A stretch of DNA of 64,000 nt from Mesorhizobium sp. (GCA_023954305.1 JAMLIG010000001.1:76613-140612); one strand, 5' to 3'. Shown: positions 10,012 through 21,272, numbered from the stretch's first letter. The notes: a model not told the origin generated them from the letters alone. Program-made: numbers and translations.

Positions 10012-12288
10012 TCACCCGAACTTCCCCGTCTTCGGGAATCCCTTCGGCACCATCCGGCCTGCCGAGGCGCGGTCCCCGATCCATTCGGTCAACTCGTCCT
10101 TGGTCCGCGTGAACGTGCGGTCGGCGGAATCCTGCCAGGAAAGGCCAGCCGTCATCGTGAAGGTCTTGAGGTCGGCCACGCCGCCATCCTTGTAGCGCTG
10201 CAGCCGCACGCCCTTGCCGCGCGCCATCTCAGGCACCTGGCCGAGCGGGAAGACCAGCAGCTTGCGGTTTTCGCCGACGATGGCGACATGATCGCCGTCG
10301 ACGAAGGTCAGTCGCGCCGCCTCGTCCGGCGCCTTGACGTTCATCACCTGCTTTCCCTTGCGTGTGTTGGCGACGACTTCCGCTTCCGGCACGAGGAAGC
10401 CATAGCCCTCGTGACTCGCGAGCAGGAGCTTCCGCTGCGGGTCGTGGACGAAGGCAGTGACGATGTCCTGGTCGTTCTCCATGTCGACGATGATGCGCAC
10501 CGGTTCGCCATGGCCGCGCCCGCCGGGCAGCCGGTCGGCGCCGATCGTGTAGAACTTGCCGCCGGTGGTGAAGAGGATAACCTTGTCGGTCGTCTGGGCA
10601 TGGAAGGCGAGCTTCAGCTTGTCGCCTTCCTTGAATGTCAACGTCGAGAAGTCGGCGAGATGCCCCTTCATCGCGCGCAGCCAGCCCTTCTCCGAGACGA
10701 CGACGGTGACCGGCTCCTTCTCGATCATCGCATGGTGGATGTCGGCGACGTCATGGTCCGGCGCGTCGGCGAAGGTAGTGCGGCGCGGTCCGAGCTCCTT
10801 GTTCTTTTCCGGCGAATAGCGGTCGCGGGTCTGCTCGACCTGCCAGCGCACGGCCTTCCACTGCTTCGCCTCGGAGGCGAGCAACTGTTCGATCTGCCCC
10901 TTCTCCGCGGAGAGCCCATCGAACTCCTTGCGGATCTCGATCTCTTCCAGCTTGCGCAATGCCCTGAGGCGCAGGTTGAGGATCGCTTCGGCCTGGGTAT
11001 CGGTCAGGTCCCAGCGGGCCATCATCACCGCCTTGGGCTCGTCCTCCTCGCGGATGATGCGGATGACCTCGTCGATGTTGAGATAGGCGATGAGATAGCC
11101 GCCAAGGACCTCCAGCCGCCGCTCGATCTCGCCCAGCCGGTGCTTGGAGCGGCGCACCAGCACGTCCTTGCGGTGCTCCAGCCATTCCCGCAGCGCGCTC
11201 TTCAGCGACAGCACGTTCGGCACCTTGCCGCGCGTCAGCACATTCATGTTGAGCGGAAAGCGCGTCTCCAGCTCGGTCAGCTTGAACAGCGATTCCATCA
11301 GAAGGGCCGGGTCGACAGTACGGCTCTTCGGCACCAGTACGACGCGGATATCCTCGGCGCTCTCGTCGCGCACATCGTCGAGCAACGGCAGCTTCCGGTT
11401 GACCAGAAGGTCGGCGATCTTCTCGATCAGCTTCGACTTCTGCACCTGGTAGGGGATTTCGGTGACGACGATCACCCAGGTTCCCCTGCCCTGGTCTTCC
11501 TGCGTCCAGCGCGCGCGGAGGCGGAAACCGCCGCGGCCCGTCTCGTAGGCATCGAGGATGGTGGCGCGGTTGTCGACAATGATGCCGCCCGTCGGAAAGT
11601 CCGGTCCCTGCACCAGCCCGTCCTCCGGGCTTTTCGACATCAGGTCGGCGACGGAAGAATCCGGCTGGGAGATCAGCAGCAGCGCGGCGTTGCACAGTTC
11701 GTAAGCGTTGTGCGGCGGGATCGACGTCGCCATGCCGACCGCGATGCCGGACGAGCCGTTGGCGAGGAGGTTCGGAAAGGCGCCGGGCAGGACCACCGGC
11801 TCCTCGTTCTCCTCGTTGTAGGTCGGGCGGAAGTCGACCGCGTCCTCGGTAATGCCTTCCAGCAGCTCGGTTGCCGCCTCCGTCATGCGCGCCTCGGTGT
11901 AGCGCATGGCCGCCGGGCTATCGCCGTCGATATTGCCGAAGTTCCCCTGCCCGTCGACCAGCGGGTAGCGCACGGCGAAGTCCTGGGCCAGGCGCACCAG
12001 CGCGTCGTAGATCGACTGGTCGCCGTGCGGATGGAACTTTCCCATCACGTCGCCGACGATCGCGGCGCATTTGGAGAAGCGCTGGCCGGGTTCGAGGCGC
12101 AACAGCCGCATCGCATGCATGATACGGCGATGCACCGGCTTCAGCCCGTCGCGCACGTCCGGCAGCGCGCGGTGCATGATCGTCGAGAGCGCATAGGCGA
12201 GGTAGCGCTCTTCCAGCGCCTTCTTCAGGTCCACGCTCTCGATATTGTCGTCGTCGCCGGAACCGGGCGGATTCACGCTTTTTCCCAT
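10012..12288 (-). CDS. parC: DNA topoisomerase IV subunit A
   Basis: 758 aa with [17 protein letters not shown] and the GyrA/ParC catalytic region AAMRYTE. Size and short N-terminus fit alphaproteobacterial ParC rather than GyrA. Confidence 0.85.
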   Translation of the reverse strand: MGKSVNPPGSGDDDNIESVDLKKALEERYLAYALSTIMHRALPDVRDGLKPVHRRIMHAMRLLRLEPGQRFSKCAAIVGDVMGKFHPHGDQSIYDALVRLAQDFAVRYPLVDGQGNFGNIDGDSPAAMRYTEARMTEAATELLEGITEDAVDFRPTYNEENEEPVVLPGAFPNLLANGSSGIAVGMATSIPPHNAYELCNAALLLISQPDSSVADLMSKSPEDGLVQGPDFPTGGIIVDNRATILDAYETGRGGFRLRARWTQEDQGRGTWVIVVTEIPYQVQKSKLIEKIADLLVNRKLPLLDDVRDESAEDIRVVLVPKSRTVDPALLMESLFKLTELETRFPLNMNVLTRGKVPNVLSLKSALREWLEHRKDVLVRRSKHRLGEIERRLEVLGGYLIAYLNIDEVIRIIREEDEPKAVMMARWDLTDTQAEAILNLRLRALRKLEEIEIRKEFDGLSAEKGQIEQLLASEAKQWKAVRWQVEQTRDRYSPEKNKELGPRRTTFADAPDHDVADIHHAMIEKEPVTVVVSEKGWLRAMKGHLADFSTLTFKEGDKLKLAFHAQTTDKVILFTTGGKFYTIGADRLPGGRGHGEPVRIIVDMENDQDIVTAFVHDPQRKLLLASHEGYGFLVPEAEVVANTRKGKQVMNVKAPDEAARLTFVDGDHVAIVGENRKLLVFPLGQVPEMARGKGVRLQRYKDGGVADLKTFTMTAGLSWQDSADRTFTRTKDELTEWIGDRASAGRMVPKGFPKTGKFG

Positions 12289-12483
12289 GAAATCCGACTA
12301 TGTGAGCCGCTGATTCGCCGCAAGAGCCGTCTCGACAAAGGCCCGTGTCTATGACTATGTCTGCGCGATTCATCCCGATCAGCTGCGGGCGGCGCGCCAC
12401 AATTTCGACCCGCTCCACCGCAACTGTCGGCGATCCATGTCCGGCTCGGCCATTGCATGTGCGAGCCATTGCGGAGGTTTCCC

Positions 12484-13668
12484 ATGCTTGCCCGGTCGTC
12501 TCTCCTTGCTTTCCTCGCTTCGTCGATTTCCCTTACGGCACTCTCGTCGGCCGGGGCGGTCGAGGGGCAGGATGTCGCCAACCGCTTCAAGGAGATGATC
12601 GCCAGGCAGGGCGCGACCGCATCCTGGGCGTCGATCGACGAAGAGGATGGGGCGATCGTGCTGCGCGGCGTGACGGTGAAGGCTGCGGGCGACGGCGCCG
12701 ACGCCGCGATCGGCGACGTCACCTTCGAAGGCGTCGAGGAGACGGACGATGGCGACTATGTCGTCGAGACTCTGTCCATGCCCACCTATTCGACGGTCAG
12801 CGAGGGCGCGACCGTTACGCTCGAAGGTCTGTCATTGTCGGGCGCGGTGCTGCCCTCGCCCACCGCGACAGACGTGATCAGCCAGTCGGGCTTCTTCGAT
12901 TCGCTCGACGTCGATCAGATCAAGGTCGAGAAGGACGGCAAGCAGGTCTTCTCGATGTCCGGTCTGAACTATTCGCTGGAGCGCGACGAGGATAGCAAGT
13001 CTTACGAGTTCACCGGCACGGCCGACGCCTTCACCGCCGACATGACGGCCAGCGGCGACCCCCAGACCACCGCGATGCTCACCGCGCTCGGCCTCGCCCA
13101 GCCGAAGGGGACGTTCGAGATGGCCGGATCCTGGTCGCTGGCCGACGGCAACCTCTCGGTCGAGCAGATGGATTTCACGGTCGAGAACGCCGGCACGATC
13201 GGCTTCACCTTCGACATTTCCGGCTACACCGAGGAATTTCTCAAGGCGGCGCAGGACATGCAGAAGAACATGGCCAATGCGACGGAGGAGCAGAAGGCGG
13301 CTGCCGGCATGGCCGCGATGGGCCTGATGCAGCAGCTCTCCTTCGCCGGCGCCTCGATCCGCTACGACGACGAAGCGCTGGCCGGGCGGGCGCTCGATCT
13401 CGCCGCCGGCATGCAGAAGATGCAGCGCACCGACATGGTGAAGATGGCGCAGATGATGATCCCGGTTGCCCTCGGCCAATACGTCAAGCCGGAATTCGCC
13501 AACCAGGTGGCGGGTGAAGTCGCCAAGTTCATGCAGGACCCGAAGAGCCTGGAGATCAAGGCCGAGCCGGCCGCGCCGGTGCCGTTCATGATGGTCGGCA
13601 TGGGCGCGATGTCGGCGCCGCAGGAGGTTCCCGAGCAGCTCGGCATCTCGGTGACGGCGAACGAATAA
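12484..13668 (+). CDS. secreted hypothetical protein
   Basis: ATG at 12484 preceded by GGAGG. Signal peptide MLARSSLLAFLASSISLTALSSAGA. No recognised domain. Confidence 0.55.
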   Translation: MLARSSLLAFLASSISLTALSSAGAVEGQDVANRFKEMIARQGATASWASIDEEDGAIVLRGVTVKAAGDGADAAIGDVTFEGVEETDDGDYVVETLSMPTYSTVSEGATVTLEGLSLSGAVLPSPTATDVISQSGFFDSLDVDQIKVEKDGKQVFSMSGLNYSLERDEDSKSYEFTGTADAFTADMTASGDPQTTAMLTALGLAQPKGTFEMAGSWSLADGNLSVEQMDFTVENAGTIGFTFDISGYTEEFLKAAQDMQKNMANATEEQKAAAGMAAMGLMQQLSFAGASIRYDDEALAGRALDLAAGMQKMQRTDMVKMAQMMIPVALGQYVKPEFANQVAGEVAKFMQDPKSLEIKAEPAAPVPFMMVGMGAMSAPQEVPEQLGISVTANE

Positions 13669-13691
13669 CGGCCAGGCCGGACATCCAGCAC

Positions 13692-13730
13692 GCGGAGAGC
13701 CGGAAGCGCCTGCTTCCGGCTCTCCGCGTT
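13692..13730. terminator. stem-loop terminator between convergent genes
   Basis: Perfect 16-bp inverted repeat GCGGAGAGCCGGAAGC-gcct-GCTTCCGGCTCTCCGC followed by GTTT, between the 12484-13668 gene and ohr. Confidence 0.7.
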
Positions 13731-14159
13731 TCAGGCGACCGTGAAGGTGACGTCGATATTGCCGCGCGTCGCGTTCGAATAGGGGCAGACCTGGTGCGCC
13801 TTGGCGACGAGTTCGACCGCCTTGTCGTAGTCGATGCCGGGCAGCGTAACCGTCATCGCCACCGCCAACCCGAAGCCCGGCCCGTCGGCGCGCTCGCCGA
13901 AGCTCACCGCCGCGTCGATCGCCGCCTCATCCGGGATCCCGATCTTCTCGCGCCGCCCGACAGCCTTCAGCGCACCGAGGAAACAGGCGGAATAGCCGGC
14001 GGCGAACAGCTGTTCGGGATTGGTGCCCGGGCCGTCGTTTCCGCCCATCGCCTTGGGCGTATCGAGCGTGACCGCGAGGCGGCCGTCGTCGGTGCTGCTG
14101 GTGCCGGTGCGGCCGCCGGTGGTGCGGGCACGCGCGGTATAGACTGCGGACTTGATCAT
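13731..14159 (-). CDS. ohr: organic hydroperoxide resistance protein (OsmC/Ohr family)
   Basis: 142 aa with NPEQLFAAGYSACF and VCPYSNATRGNI, the two conserved Cys motifs of Ohr. Divergent from a MarR/OhrR gene. Confidence 0.85.
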   Translation of the reverse strand: MIKSAVYTARARTTGGRTGTSSTDDGRLAVTLDTPKAMGGNDGPGTNPEQLFAAGYSACFLGALKAVGRREKIGIPDEAAIDAAVSFGERADGPGFGLAVAMTVTLPGIDYDKAVELVAKAHQVCPYSNATRGNIDVTFTVA

Positions 14160-14193
14160 TCGCTTTCTCCTTGGGTGGCCGCTCTCCTCTATC

Positions 14194-14212
14194 GCACAAT
14201 TAAATTGTTCGC
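14194..14212. promoter_or_regulatory. OhrR-box-like AT-rich palindrome
   Basis: GCACAATTAAATTGTTCGC with perfect core ACAATT-A-AATTGT (14196-14208), in the ohr/ohrR divergent intergenic region. Confidence 0.6.
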
Positions 14213-14260
14213 AATCTAATTTCGTGCTATATGCTTCGCGACGATCTCGGAGGACACCCC

Positions 14261-14716
14261 ATGCGCAACGGGACGATCAAACTGGATTCGATGCTCTGCT
14301 TCGCGATCTACGCGACCGGGCACGCCTTCACGCGCTTCTACAAGCCCAGGCTCGACGCGCTCGGCCTGACTTATCCGCAATATCTCGTGCTGATCGTCTT
14401 GTGGGAGGGGGACGACATCACCGTGAACACGCTGGGCAACCGGCTGTTTCTCGATTCCGGCACGATCACACCGCTTCTCAAGCGTTTGGAGGCGCGTGGC
14501 CTGCTGAGCCGCAGGCGCGACGAGGACGACGAGCGGCAGGTGCGGATCAGGCTGACGCCGGAAGGCCGGGCGCTGCAGGACAAGGCGCTTGCCGTCCCGC
14601 TCACCATCGCCAAGGGCACCGGCCTGACGCGCGAAGATGTCGACCGGCTGCGCGCCGAACTGCTCGTCTTGCGCGACCGGCTGGACGGTCAGGGCGAAGG
14701 GTCGACGCCCGGCTGA
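14261..14716 (+). CDS. ohrR: MarR family regulator, OhrR-like
   Basis: ATG at 14261 preceded by GGAGGA. N-terminal sensing Cys in LDSMLCFAIY and a winged-helix core. An alternative upstream ATG lies at 14231. Confidence 0.8.
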   Translation: MRNGTIKLDSMLCFAIYATGHAFTRFYKPRLDALGLTYPQYLVLIVLWEGDDITVNTLGNRLFLDSGTITPLLKRLEARGLLSRRRDEDDERQVRIRLTPEGRALQDKALAVPLTIAKGTGLTREDVDRLRAELLVLRDRLDGQGEGSTPG

Positions 14717-14739
14717 CGGATCTGGGTCCTCAGCCCCGC

Positions 14740-15156
14740 TCAGCCGGACGGCATTTTCGCAAAGCTCGGCAGAGCCGGATCGACGCGGTCCCAGCCATGG
14801 GCGCGCATCGCATAGGTCACCGCCTGCGGCCGATAGCGCGCCGGATCGTCGAGAGAGGCCGCGTGAATGGTGAACACCTCGGGCATGGCGGCAAATCTCA
14901 GGAACACCGGCGCGCCGCAGGTCGGGCAGAATCCCCTGGTCTTCAGATTGCCGCTGTCGCCGCGAAGGTCCCACGTCGTGGCCCCACCCTCGAGTACGAC
15001 CTCCGCGCCGGCGAAGCTCAGATACGAGCCGTGGCCGGTGCCGCTGGCCTTCTGGCAGTCGAGGCACTGGCAATCGTTGGAGAAGACCGGTTCGCCGACA
15101 ATCCTGTAACGGATCGCGCCGCAGGCACAGCCGCCCGTGTAAGGTGCATTTTGCAT
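14740..15156 (-). CDS. GFA family protein (glutathione-dependent formaldehyde-activating enzyme fold)
   Basis: CACGAIRY..CQCLDCQK..FCPTCG zinc-binding cysteine pattern. ATG at 15156 with upstream GGAG. Confidence 0.75.
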   Translation of the reverse strand: MQNAPYTGGCACGAIRYRIVGEPVFSNDCQCLDCQKASGTGHGSYLSFAGAEVVLEGGATTWDLRGDSGNLKTRGFCPTCGAPVFLRFAAMPEVFTIHAASLDDPARYRPQAVTYAMRAHGWDRVDPALPSFAKMPSG

Positions 15157-15190
15157 GGTTGCTCTCCTCGGCAAGCCGGCCGCGGCCGGA

Positions 15191-15655
15191 TCAGTCCTCT
15201 TGATCGATGACCGAGCTCAGTCGCGGGAGGACCGTCCGCCACCCCTTGCTCATGTTCTCGAAGGCGGTGTCGTTCTTCGGCGCGAGGAAGCCCGAATGGA
15301 TGAGCTGCACCCGCGTTCCCCCGGCGAGCGGCGAAAGGATCCAGGTGACAACCGTGTCGAGCCTCGAGCCGTAGCCGACATTGTCCTCGTCGCCGCCCTG
15401 CCAGGAATAGGACAGGCGCCGCGACGGCCTCGCGTCGAGGACGCGGCAGCGGATCGTGCCGTCCCAGGCGCCGGCCGGGGTGGTGCGGAAGATGAAATCC
15501 TTGCCCGGAACGGCTTCGAAACCCTCCGCCGGCATCAACCACCGCGCGATCAGGCTACCGTCCGTCAACGCCTTCCAGATCGTCTCGGCGCTGTGGGCGA
15601 ATACCTCGTCGAGGACAATATCCCTGGTCACCTGCTTCGCCATCGTCTCGTTCAT
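15191..15655 (-). CDS. SRPBCC/AHSA1-domain protein
   Basis: 154 aa starting MNETMAKQVTRDIVLDEVFAHSAETIWKALTD. ATGA overlap with the upstream ArsR gene, a common ArsR-SRPBCC pairing. Confidence 0.7.
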   Translation of the reverse strand: MNETMAKQVTRDIVLDEVFAHSAETIWKALTDGSLIARWLMPAEGFEAVPGKDFIFRTTPAGAWDGTIRCRVLDARPSRRLSYSWQGGDEDNVGYGSRLDTVVTWILSPLAGGTRVQLIHSGFLAPKNDTAFENMSKGWRTVLPRLSSVIDQED

Positions 15656-15981
15656 GGGTCGATTTCCTTGAGCAGCGCACGCAGCCTGTCGAAGCGATCC
15701 TGCCAGAACATGCCGTAGTGGTTCATCCACTCGGCGAGCGGATCGAGGCCTTTTGGATCGACGCGGTAATAGACGTTGCGGCCGGACGGCCGCTCGGCCA
15801 CCAGGCCGGCGAGCCGGAGCGTCTTTAGGTGTTGCGAAATCGCGCCCTGGGTGACGCCGCTGCCGCGCGTCAGATCCGCGACCGTGACTTCCGGCGCGTT
15901 CGCGATCCTCTCGAAGAGCGCGCGCCGCGTCGGATCGGCGAGCGCGCGCAGGACGGAATTGATTGGCGATGCGTCTAGCAT
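15652..15981 (-). CDS. ArsR/SmtB family transcriptional regulator
   Basis: LRALADPTRRALFERI...VTQGAISQHLKTLRLAGLV HTH. First ATG at 15981; the ORF-track start at 15990 is TTG. Confidence 0.8.
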   Translation of the reverse strand: MLDASPINSVLRALADPTRRALFERIANAPEVTVADLTRGSGVTQGAISQHLKTLRLAGLVAERPSGRNVYYRVDPKGLDPLAEWMNHYGMFWQDRFDRLRALLKEIDP

Positions 15982-15990
15982 GCGTTCCAA

Positions 15991-16022
15991 TTAGCAACGA
16001 CTAATTTATTAGTCAATGCTAA
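15991..16022. promoter_or_regulatory. ArsR-type operator palindrome
   Basis: TTAGCAACGACTAAT-tt-ATTAGTCAATGCTAA, 13 of 15 positions complementary, directly upstream of the ArsR gene. Confidence 0.55.
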
Positions 16023-16034
16023 ACTATGAGAGCT

Positions 16035-17321
16035 TCACGAGCCGCCCAGCAATCCACCTAGCGGCGCGAGGTAGACCGCGAAGCCGGCCGCGGCCGCCGC
16101 GAGCGTCGCGCCCAGATAGGGCACCCAGAAGGACGCGGGTCCCGCCGCGATCGCCAGGCTCAGCCGGCCGGCCGCGTTGGCGGCCAGTGCGGCGAGAACC
16201 GCCTGGCCGATCGTCGCGGCCGTGATGCCCTGCCCCAGCAGGCGCAATGCGCTGAGCACAGCGACGTCGACGTCGAACGTGCCCGATAGGGCAGAGGTCC
16301 CCACCAGGCTGGCGGCGCCGAACTGGCCGACGACAGCCGCGCTCGCGGTCGAGACCACCGCGAAGAGAAGCGCGAACAGAAGCAGAGCCGACAGATCGAA
16401 GGGATTCTGTGCACCGTCGCCGGCAGCGTCCTTGGTATCGCCGCGCAACAGGAACAGGAGACCAAAGGCGGCGAAACAGAGCGCGGCCGCAAGCGCCCCC
16501 GGCACCACCGCTCCGAGAACACGCGGCTCCACGATCGTCACGACGCCGATGACCCTGAGTATCGAGACCATTGCCGCGAGGCAGGCAGCGCCCGCGAGCG
16601 GCCTGGCGCTGGCCGCCGTCTGAGCGGTGCGGGCCATGGCGACAGTTACCGCCGTAGAGGACACCATCGCGCCGGCAAGCGCGCTCGCAATGAGCCCCCT
16701 GGTCGGCCCGAGAATGCGGACGGCGACGTATCCGACGAAGGACAAGGCCGCGGTCAGCACCGTGAAGAACCAGACCTCCCAAGGATTGAAGCCGCCCCAC
16801 GGATCGATGGTGCGATCGGGAAGAAGCGGCAGGATCACGGCCGTCATCACCGCCAGGACGATCGCCGAGCGCAGTTCCACCCAGGTCAGTTTCCGCAACC
16901 CGCCGTGCAAGGTTTCGCGGCTGGCCAGCAGCCCGGCAAGGATCGCGCCGCCGGCCGCGGCCGCGCGATAGTCGCCAACCACCGCAAGCGCGCCGAGGGC
17001 GAAGACGAGAACCGCGGCGACCACGGCGGTGACGCTGTAACTCTCGTCATGCCGATCCTCACGGTATTTGAACCAGGCGAAGATCGCGGCAAAACTGACC
17101 AATCCGGCGACCAGGATCGAGGGCGCGGAAAGGGCCGCCGCCAGCGCTGCCGTCACGCCGCCGAGCAGCCCCGTGGCGCCATAAGTGCGGATGCCGGCGG
17201 TTCGACTCCCGGCCGGCTCGCCCCGTTCGCGCCAGCCGCGCTCGAGACCCACCAGCAGACCGATGGCCAGTGCCAGCGCCAGCCTCGCGATGGTCGTCTC
17301 GGGGTTCAGATATTCGAGCAC
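16035..17321 (-). CDS. MgtC/SapB family membrane protein with DUF4010-like C-terminal half
   Basis: 428 aa polytopic protein. N-terminal LALAIGLLVGLERGW motif of MgtC. GTG start. Confidence 0.7.
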   Translation of the reverse strand: MLEYLNPETTIARLALALAIGLLVGLERGWRERGEPAGSRTAGIRTYGATGLLGGVTAALAAALSAPSILVAGLVSFAAIFAWFKYREDRHDESYSVTAVVAAVLVFALGALAVVGDYRAAAAGGAILAGLLASRETLHGGLRKLTWVELRSAIVLAVMTAVILPLLPDRTIDPWGGFNPWEVWFFTVLTAALSFVGYVAVRILGPTRGLIASALAGAMVSSTAVTVAMARTAQTAASARPLAGAACLAAMVSILRVIGVVTIVEPRVLGAVVPGALAAALCFAAFGLLFLLRGDTKDAAGDGAQNPFDLSALLLFALLFAVVSTASAAVVGQFGAASLVGTSALSGTFDVDVAVLSALRLLGQGITAATIGQAVLAALAANAAGRLSLAIAAGPASFWVPYLGATLAAAAAGFAVYLAPLGGLLGGS

Positions 17322-17476
17322 GGTGCGCGGCCTCCGCCCACTCGATTACCCCGATCGGGCCGGCCACGCCAGCGTTCCGCCGCGGTGCGATGGTCTGTCG
17401 CGTGCGGGCGCGTGTGCTTGCATATCCCCGCCCCGCACTGCCATCTGTCGACAGGGCGGAACTGGAGACCAACCTT

Positions 17477-19378
17477 GTGCAACGGATGATCCATGACGAC
17501 CTGTCGATCTGGCTCTCCGGCCTGACCGTCGCGGGCCTTGTGGTCGCGCTGACGGGGCAATGGATCGTCGCCGGCGAATTCGGGCAATTGCTGCTGATCG
17601 GCGGCTCCGCCCTCGCCTTCGCCGCCGGAGGCCTTCCGGCCGGCTGGCGCGCGCTTCGGGAACTCGTCACCGAGCACATCCTCGACATCGATCTTTTGAT
17701 GGTCGTGGCTGCGGTCGCGGCGGCCGCCGTCGGCGCGCCGGTGGAGGGCGCTGTCCTGCTGACGCTGTTCTCCATCTCCTCGACGCTGGAGGAAAGGGCG
17801 CTCGGACGGGCCCGGCGGGCGATCGAGGCGCTGATGGCGCTGCGCCCCGAGACGGCGCTGCGCAGGCTCGCCGACGGCCGCGTCGAGGAAGTGCCCTCGG
17901 CAAACCTCGCCGTGGGCGACGTCGTCGTGCTGCGGCCGGGAGCGCGGGTGCCGGCCGACGGCGTCATCCTCGACGGTCGCGGCACGCTCGACGAAGCCAA
18001 CATTACCGGCGAATCCATGCCCGTGCCCAAGCAGGCCGGGGCGCAGGTGTTCGAGGCGACCGTCAATCTCGACGGCGTCCTCGACGTCGCCGTCACCAAA
18101 ACAGTCGCCGAAAGCACGGTCGCGCGGATGATCGCGCTAGTGACCGAGGCGCAGGCGGCCAAGGCGCCCTCCGAGCAGTTCAGCGCCTGGTTCGGCCAGC
18201 GCTACACGGTGGCCGTTCTGGCCGGGTCCATCCTGGCCTTCCTCGTCTTCCTATGGCTCGGGCAAGGCTGGCATGAGGCGCTCTACCGCGCGGCCACCCT
18301 GCTCGTCGCGGCGAGCCCCTGCGCCATCGTGATCTCGGTGCCGGCTGCGATCCTCTCCGCGCTGTCTGCGGCGGCGCGCGGCGGCGTCCTGTTCAAGGGC
18401 GGCGCGGCGCTGGAAACGCTGGCCGCGGTGGAGACCTTCGCCTTCGACAAGACGGGGACGCTGACGGCCGGACGCGCCGCCATCACCGGCATCGTCACCG
18501 TGGACGGCACGGAGGAAGACTTTCTTCGGCTGATCGGCGGACTCGAAGCGCAGTCCGAGCACCATATCGCCGGAGCGATCCGCCGCGACCTCGCCGAGCG
18601 CGATCTGAAGCCGATCCCGATCACCGACGTCACGTCACATCCAAGCGCCGGGATCACCGGCAGGGACGGGCGCGAAGAGGTGTGGGCCGGCAATCCGCGG
18701 ATGGCAAAGCGCATGGGCGCCTCGGTCGACCGCGAGGCCCTCCGGCAACTCGCCGACGGCACGCACACCGTGATCTATGCCGGGCGCGGCGACACGGTCC
18801 TCGGCGCCATCACCATCGCCGACGAGGTCCGGCACAGTTCCTCGCGCGCATTGCAAGCCCTGCGGCGGGGTGGCGTGCGCAAGATCGTGATGATGACCGG
18901 CGACCGCCGGCCGGTAGCATTGAGGATCGGCACCGAACTCGGGCTCCGGCCCGAGGAGATCCACGCCGAGATGCTGCCGGAGGACAAGGTGGTGGAGGTC
19001 GCCGAACTCGCCGCGGCCGGACGAGTGGCCTTCGTCGGCGACGGGGTCAACGATGCCGCGGCACTCGCCCGCGCCGATGTCGGCATCGCCATGGGTGCCG
19101 CCGGCTCGGACGTGGCGCTTCAGGCCGCGGATGTCGCGCTGCTCGCCGAGGACATGGAGCGTCTTGCCGACGCGCACCGGCTTGCCCGGCGCACGGCGCG
19201 GATCATCCGCCAGAACCTTACCTTCGCGCTTGGCGCGATGGCCGTGCTCGTCACGGGCGGACTGTTCTTCGACCTGCCCCTCCCCCTCGCAGTCCTCGGT
19301 CACGAGGGCGGAACGGTACTGGTCGTGTTGAACGGACTTAGGCTTCTGTCCGACCCAATCAGGAAGGACCGGCCGTAG
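17477..19378 (+). CDS. P1B-4-type heavy-metal (Co/Ni/Fe/Zn class) exporting P-type ATPase
   Basis: DKTGTLT and GDGVNDAAAL motifs. SPC (not CPC) in the transmembrane metal site and HEGGT in the last TM region. No N-terminal HMA domain. GTG 17477 has GGAG upstream; alternative ATG at 17486. Confidence 0.8.
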   Translation: MQRMIHDDLSIWLSGLTVAGLVVALTGQWIVAGEFGQLLLIGGSALAFAAGGLPAGWRALRELVTEHILDIDLLMVVAAVAAAAVGAPVEGAVLLTLFSISSTLEERALGRARRAIEALMALRPETALRRLADGRVEEVPSANLAVGDVVVLRPGARVPADGVILDGRGTLDEANITGESMPVPKQAGAQVFEATVNLDGVLDVAVTKTVAESTVARMIALVTEAQAAKAPSEQFSAWFGQRYTVAVLAGSILAFLVFLWLGQGWHEALYRAATLLVAASPCAIVISVPAAILSALSAAARGGVLFKGGAALETLAAVETFAFDKTGTLTAGRAAITGIVTVDGTEEDFLRLIGGLEAQSEHHIAGAIRRDLAERDLKPIPITDVTSHPSAGITGRDGREEVWAGNPRMAKRMGASVDREALRQLADGTHTVIYAGRGDTVLGAITIADEVRHSSSRALQALRRGGVRKIVMMTGDRRPVALRIGTELGLRPEEIHAEMLPEDKVVEVAELAAAGRVAFVGDGVNDAAALARADVGIAMGAAGSDVALQAADVALLAEDMERLADAHRLARRTARIIRQNLTFALGAMAVLVTGGLFFDLPLPLAVLGHEGGTVLVVLNGLRLLSDPIRKDRP

Positions 19379-19382
19379 GCCG

Positions 19383-21170
19383 TCAGTCCTTCTTCTTCGG
19401 CATCAGTCTCAGGCCGAGCTCGTTGAGCTGACCGGAAGACACCTCGGAAGGCGCGTTCATCAGCAGGTCGTAGGCCTGCTGGTTCATCGGGAACATGGTG
19501 ATCTCGCGCAGGTTCTTCGCGCCGACCAGCAGCATCACCACGCGGTCGACGCCTGCCGCCATGCCGCCATGCGGCGGCGCGCCGTACTGGAAGGCGCGGT
19601 AGAGTCCGCCGAAGCGCTCCTCGACCGTCTCGCGGGAGAGCCCGACCAGTTCGAAGGCCTTGACCATGGTCTCCGGCAGATGGTTGCGGATGCCGCCCGA
19701 GGCGATCTCGAAGCCGTTGCAGACCATGTCGTACTGGAACGCCTTGATCGTCAGCGGGTCCTGGCCGGTGAGCGCGTCGATGCCGCCTTGCGGCATCGAG
19801 AACGGGTTGTGGGCGAAGTCGATCTTCTTCTCGTCCTCGTTCCACTCGAAGAACGGGAAGTCGACGATCCAGCACAGCTCGAACCGCTCGCGGTCGACCA
19901 GGTTCAGTTCCTCGCCGACGCGGGTTCGCGCATCGCCCGCGAACTTGTAGAACTTGGCCGGATCGCCCGCGGCGAAGAACACCGCATCGCCGGCCTCGAG
20001 CCCGAGCTGCTTGCGCAGCGCTTCGGTGCGCTCCTCGCCGATGTTCTTGGCGATCGGACCGGCTCCTTCCAGCTTGTCGCCCTCCATGCGCCAGAAGATG
20101 TAGCCGAGGCCCGGCTGGCCCTCGCCCTGCGCCCAGGAGTTCATCCTATCGGCGAAGGCGCGCGACCCGCCCGTCTTTGCCGGAATCGCCCAAACCTGCG
20201 CCTTCGGATCGTTGGCGAGGATGCCGGCGAAGACCTTGAAGCCCGAACCGCGGAAGTGCTCGGACACGTCCTGCATCTCGATCGGGTTGCGCAGGTCCGG
20301 CTTGTCGGTGCCGTAGGTGCGGATCGCATCGTCATAGGCGATGCGGCGGAAATTCTGCGTCACCGGCTTGCCGGCGGCGAAGGCCTCGAAGACCCCGCGC
20401 ATCACCGGCTCCATCGTCTCGAACACGTCCTCCTGGGTGACGAAGCTCATCTCGAGGTCGAGCTGGTAGAACTCGCCCGGCAGGCGGTCGGCGCGGGGAT
20501 CCTCGTCGCGGAAGCAGGGCGCGATCTGGAAGTAGCGGTCGAAGCCCGACATCATGATCAGCTGCTTGTACTGCTGCGGCGCCTGCGGCAGCGCGTAGAA
20601 GGTGCCGGGATGGATGCGGCTCGGCACCAGGAAGTCGCGTGCGCCCTCCGGCGACGAGGCCGTCAGGATCGGCGTCGAATACTCCGTGAAGCCCGCCTCG
20701 CCCATGCGCTTGCGCATCTCGGCGATGATCTTCGTGCGCTGCACGATGTTCCTGTGCAGCGTCTCGCGGCGCAGGTCGAGGAAGCGGTATTTGAGGCGGA
20801 TGTCCTCCGGGTAGTCCGGCTCGCCGAACACCGGCAGCGGCAGTTCCTTGGCCACGGACAGAACCTCGATCTCGCGCGCGAAAATCTCGATCTCGCCAGT
20901 CGGCAGGTTCTTGTTGACGGTTTCCGCCGTGCGCGCCTTGACCTCGCCGTCGACGCGGACCACCCACTCCGAGCGCACGGTCTCGGCCGTCTTGAAGGCC
21001 GGCGAGTCCGGGTCGGCGACAATCTGCGTCATGCCGTAGTGATCGCGCAGGTCGATGAACAGCAGCCCGCCATGGTCGCGCACGCGATGAACCCAGCCCG
21101 AGAGGCGGACATTGCCGCCGACATCCGACTTGCGGAGGGCGGCGCAGGTGTGGCTGCGGTAGCGATGCAT
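19383..21170 (-). CDS. aspS: aspartate--tRNA ligase
   Basis: About 595 aa from [13 protein letters not shown]. Class II aaRS motifs (FRDED, GGIRNH, GLDR-like) and an OB-fold N-terminus. Confidence 0.9.
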   Translation of the reverse strand: MHRYRSHTCAALRKSDVGGNVRLSGWVHRVRDHGGLLFIDLRDHYGMTQIVADPDSPAFKTAETVRSEWVVRVDGEVKARTAETVNKNLPTGEIEIFAREIEVLSVAKELPLPVFGEPDYPEDIRLKYRFLDLRRETLHRNIVQRTKIIAEMRKRMGEAGFTEYSTPILTASSPEGARDFLVPSRIHPGTFYALPQAPQQYKQLIMMSGFDRYFQIAPCFRDEDPRADRLPGEFYQLDLEMSFVTQEDVFETMEPVMRGVFEAFAAGKPVTQNFRRIAYDDAIRTYGTDKPDLRNPIEMQDVSEHFRGSGFKVFAGILANDPKAQVWAIPAKTGGSRAFADRMNSWAQGEGQPGLGYIFWRMEGDKLEGAGPIAKNIGEERTEALRKQLGLEAGDAVFFAAGDPAKFYKFAGDARTRVGEELNLVDRERFELCWIVDFPFFEWNEDEKKIDFAHNPFSMPQGGIDALTGQDPLTIKAFQYDMVCNGFEIASGGIRNHLPETMVKAFELVGLSRETVEERFGGLYRAFQYGAPPHGGMAAGVDRVVMLLVGAKNLREITMFPMNQQAYDLLMNAPSEVSSGQLNELGLRLMPKKKD

Positions 21171-21272
21171 GGCGAAATCCAGTCCAGGAAGTAAGGCGGG
21201 AACGCGCCGAAGCGGCCCGAAAAGTCGCGGGAAAAGCGCATCAAAGGCGCGTTTTGTCAAGCCGAAGCGAAC

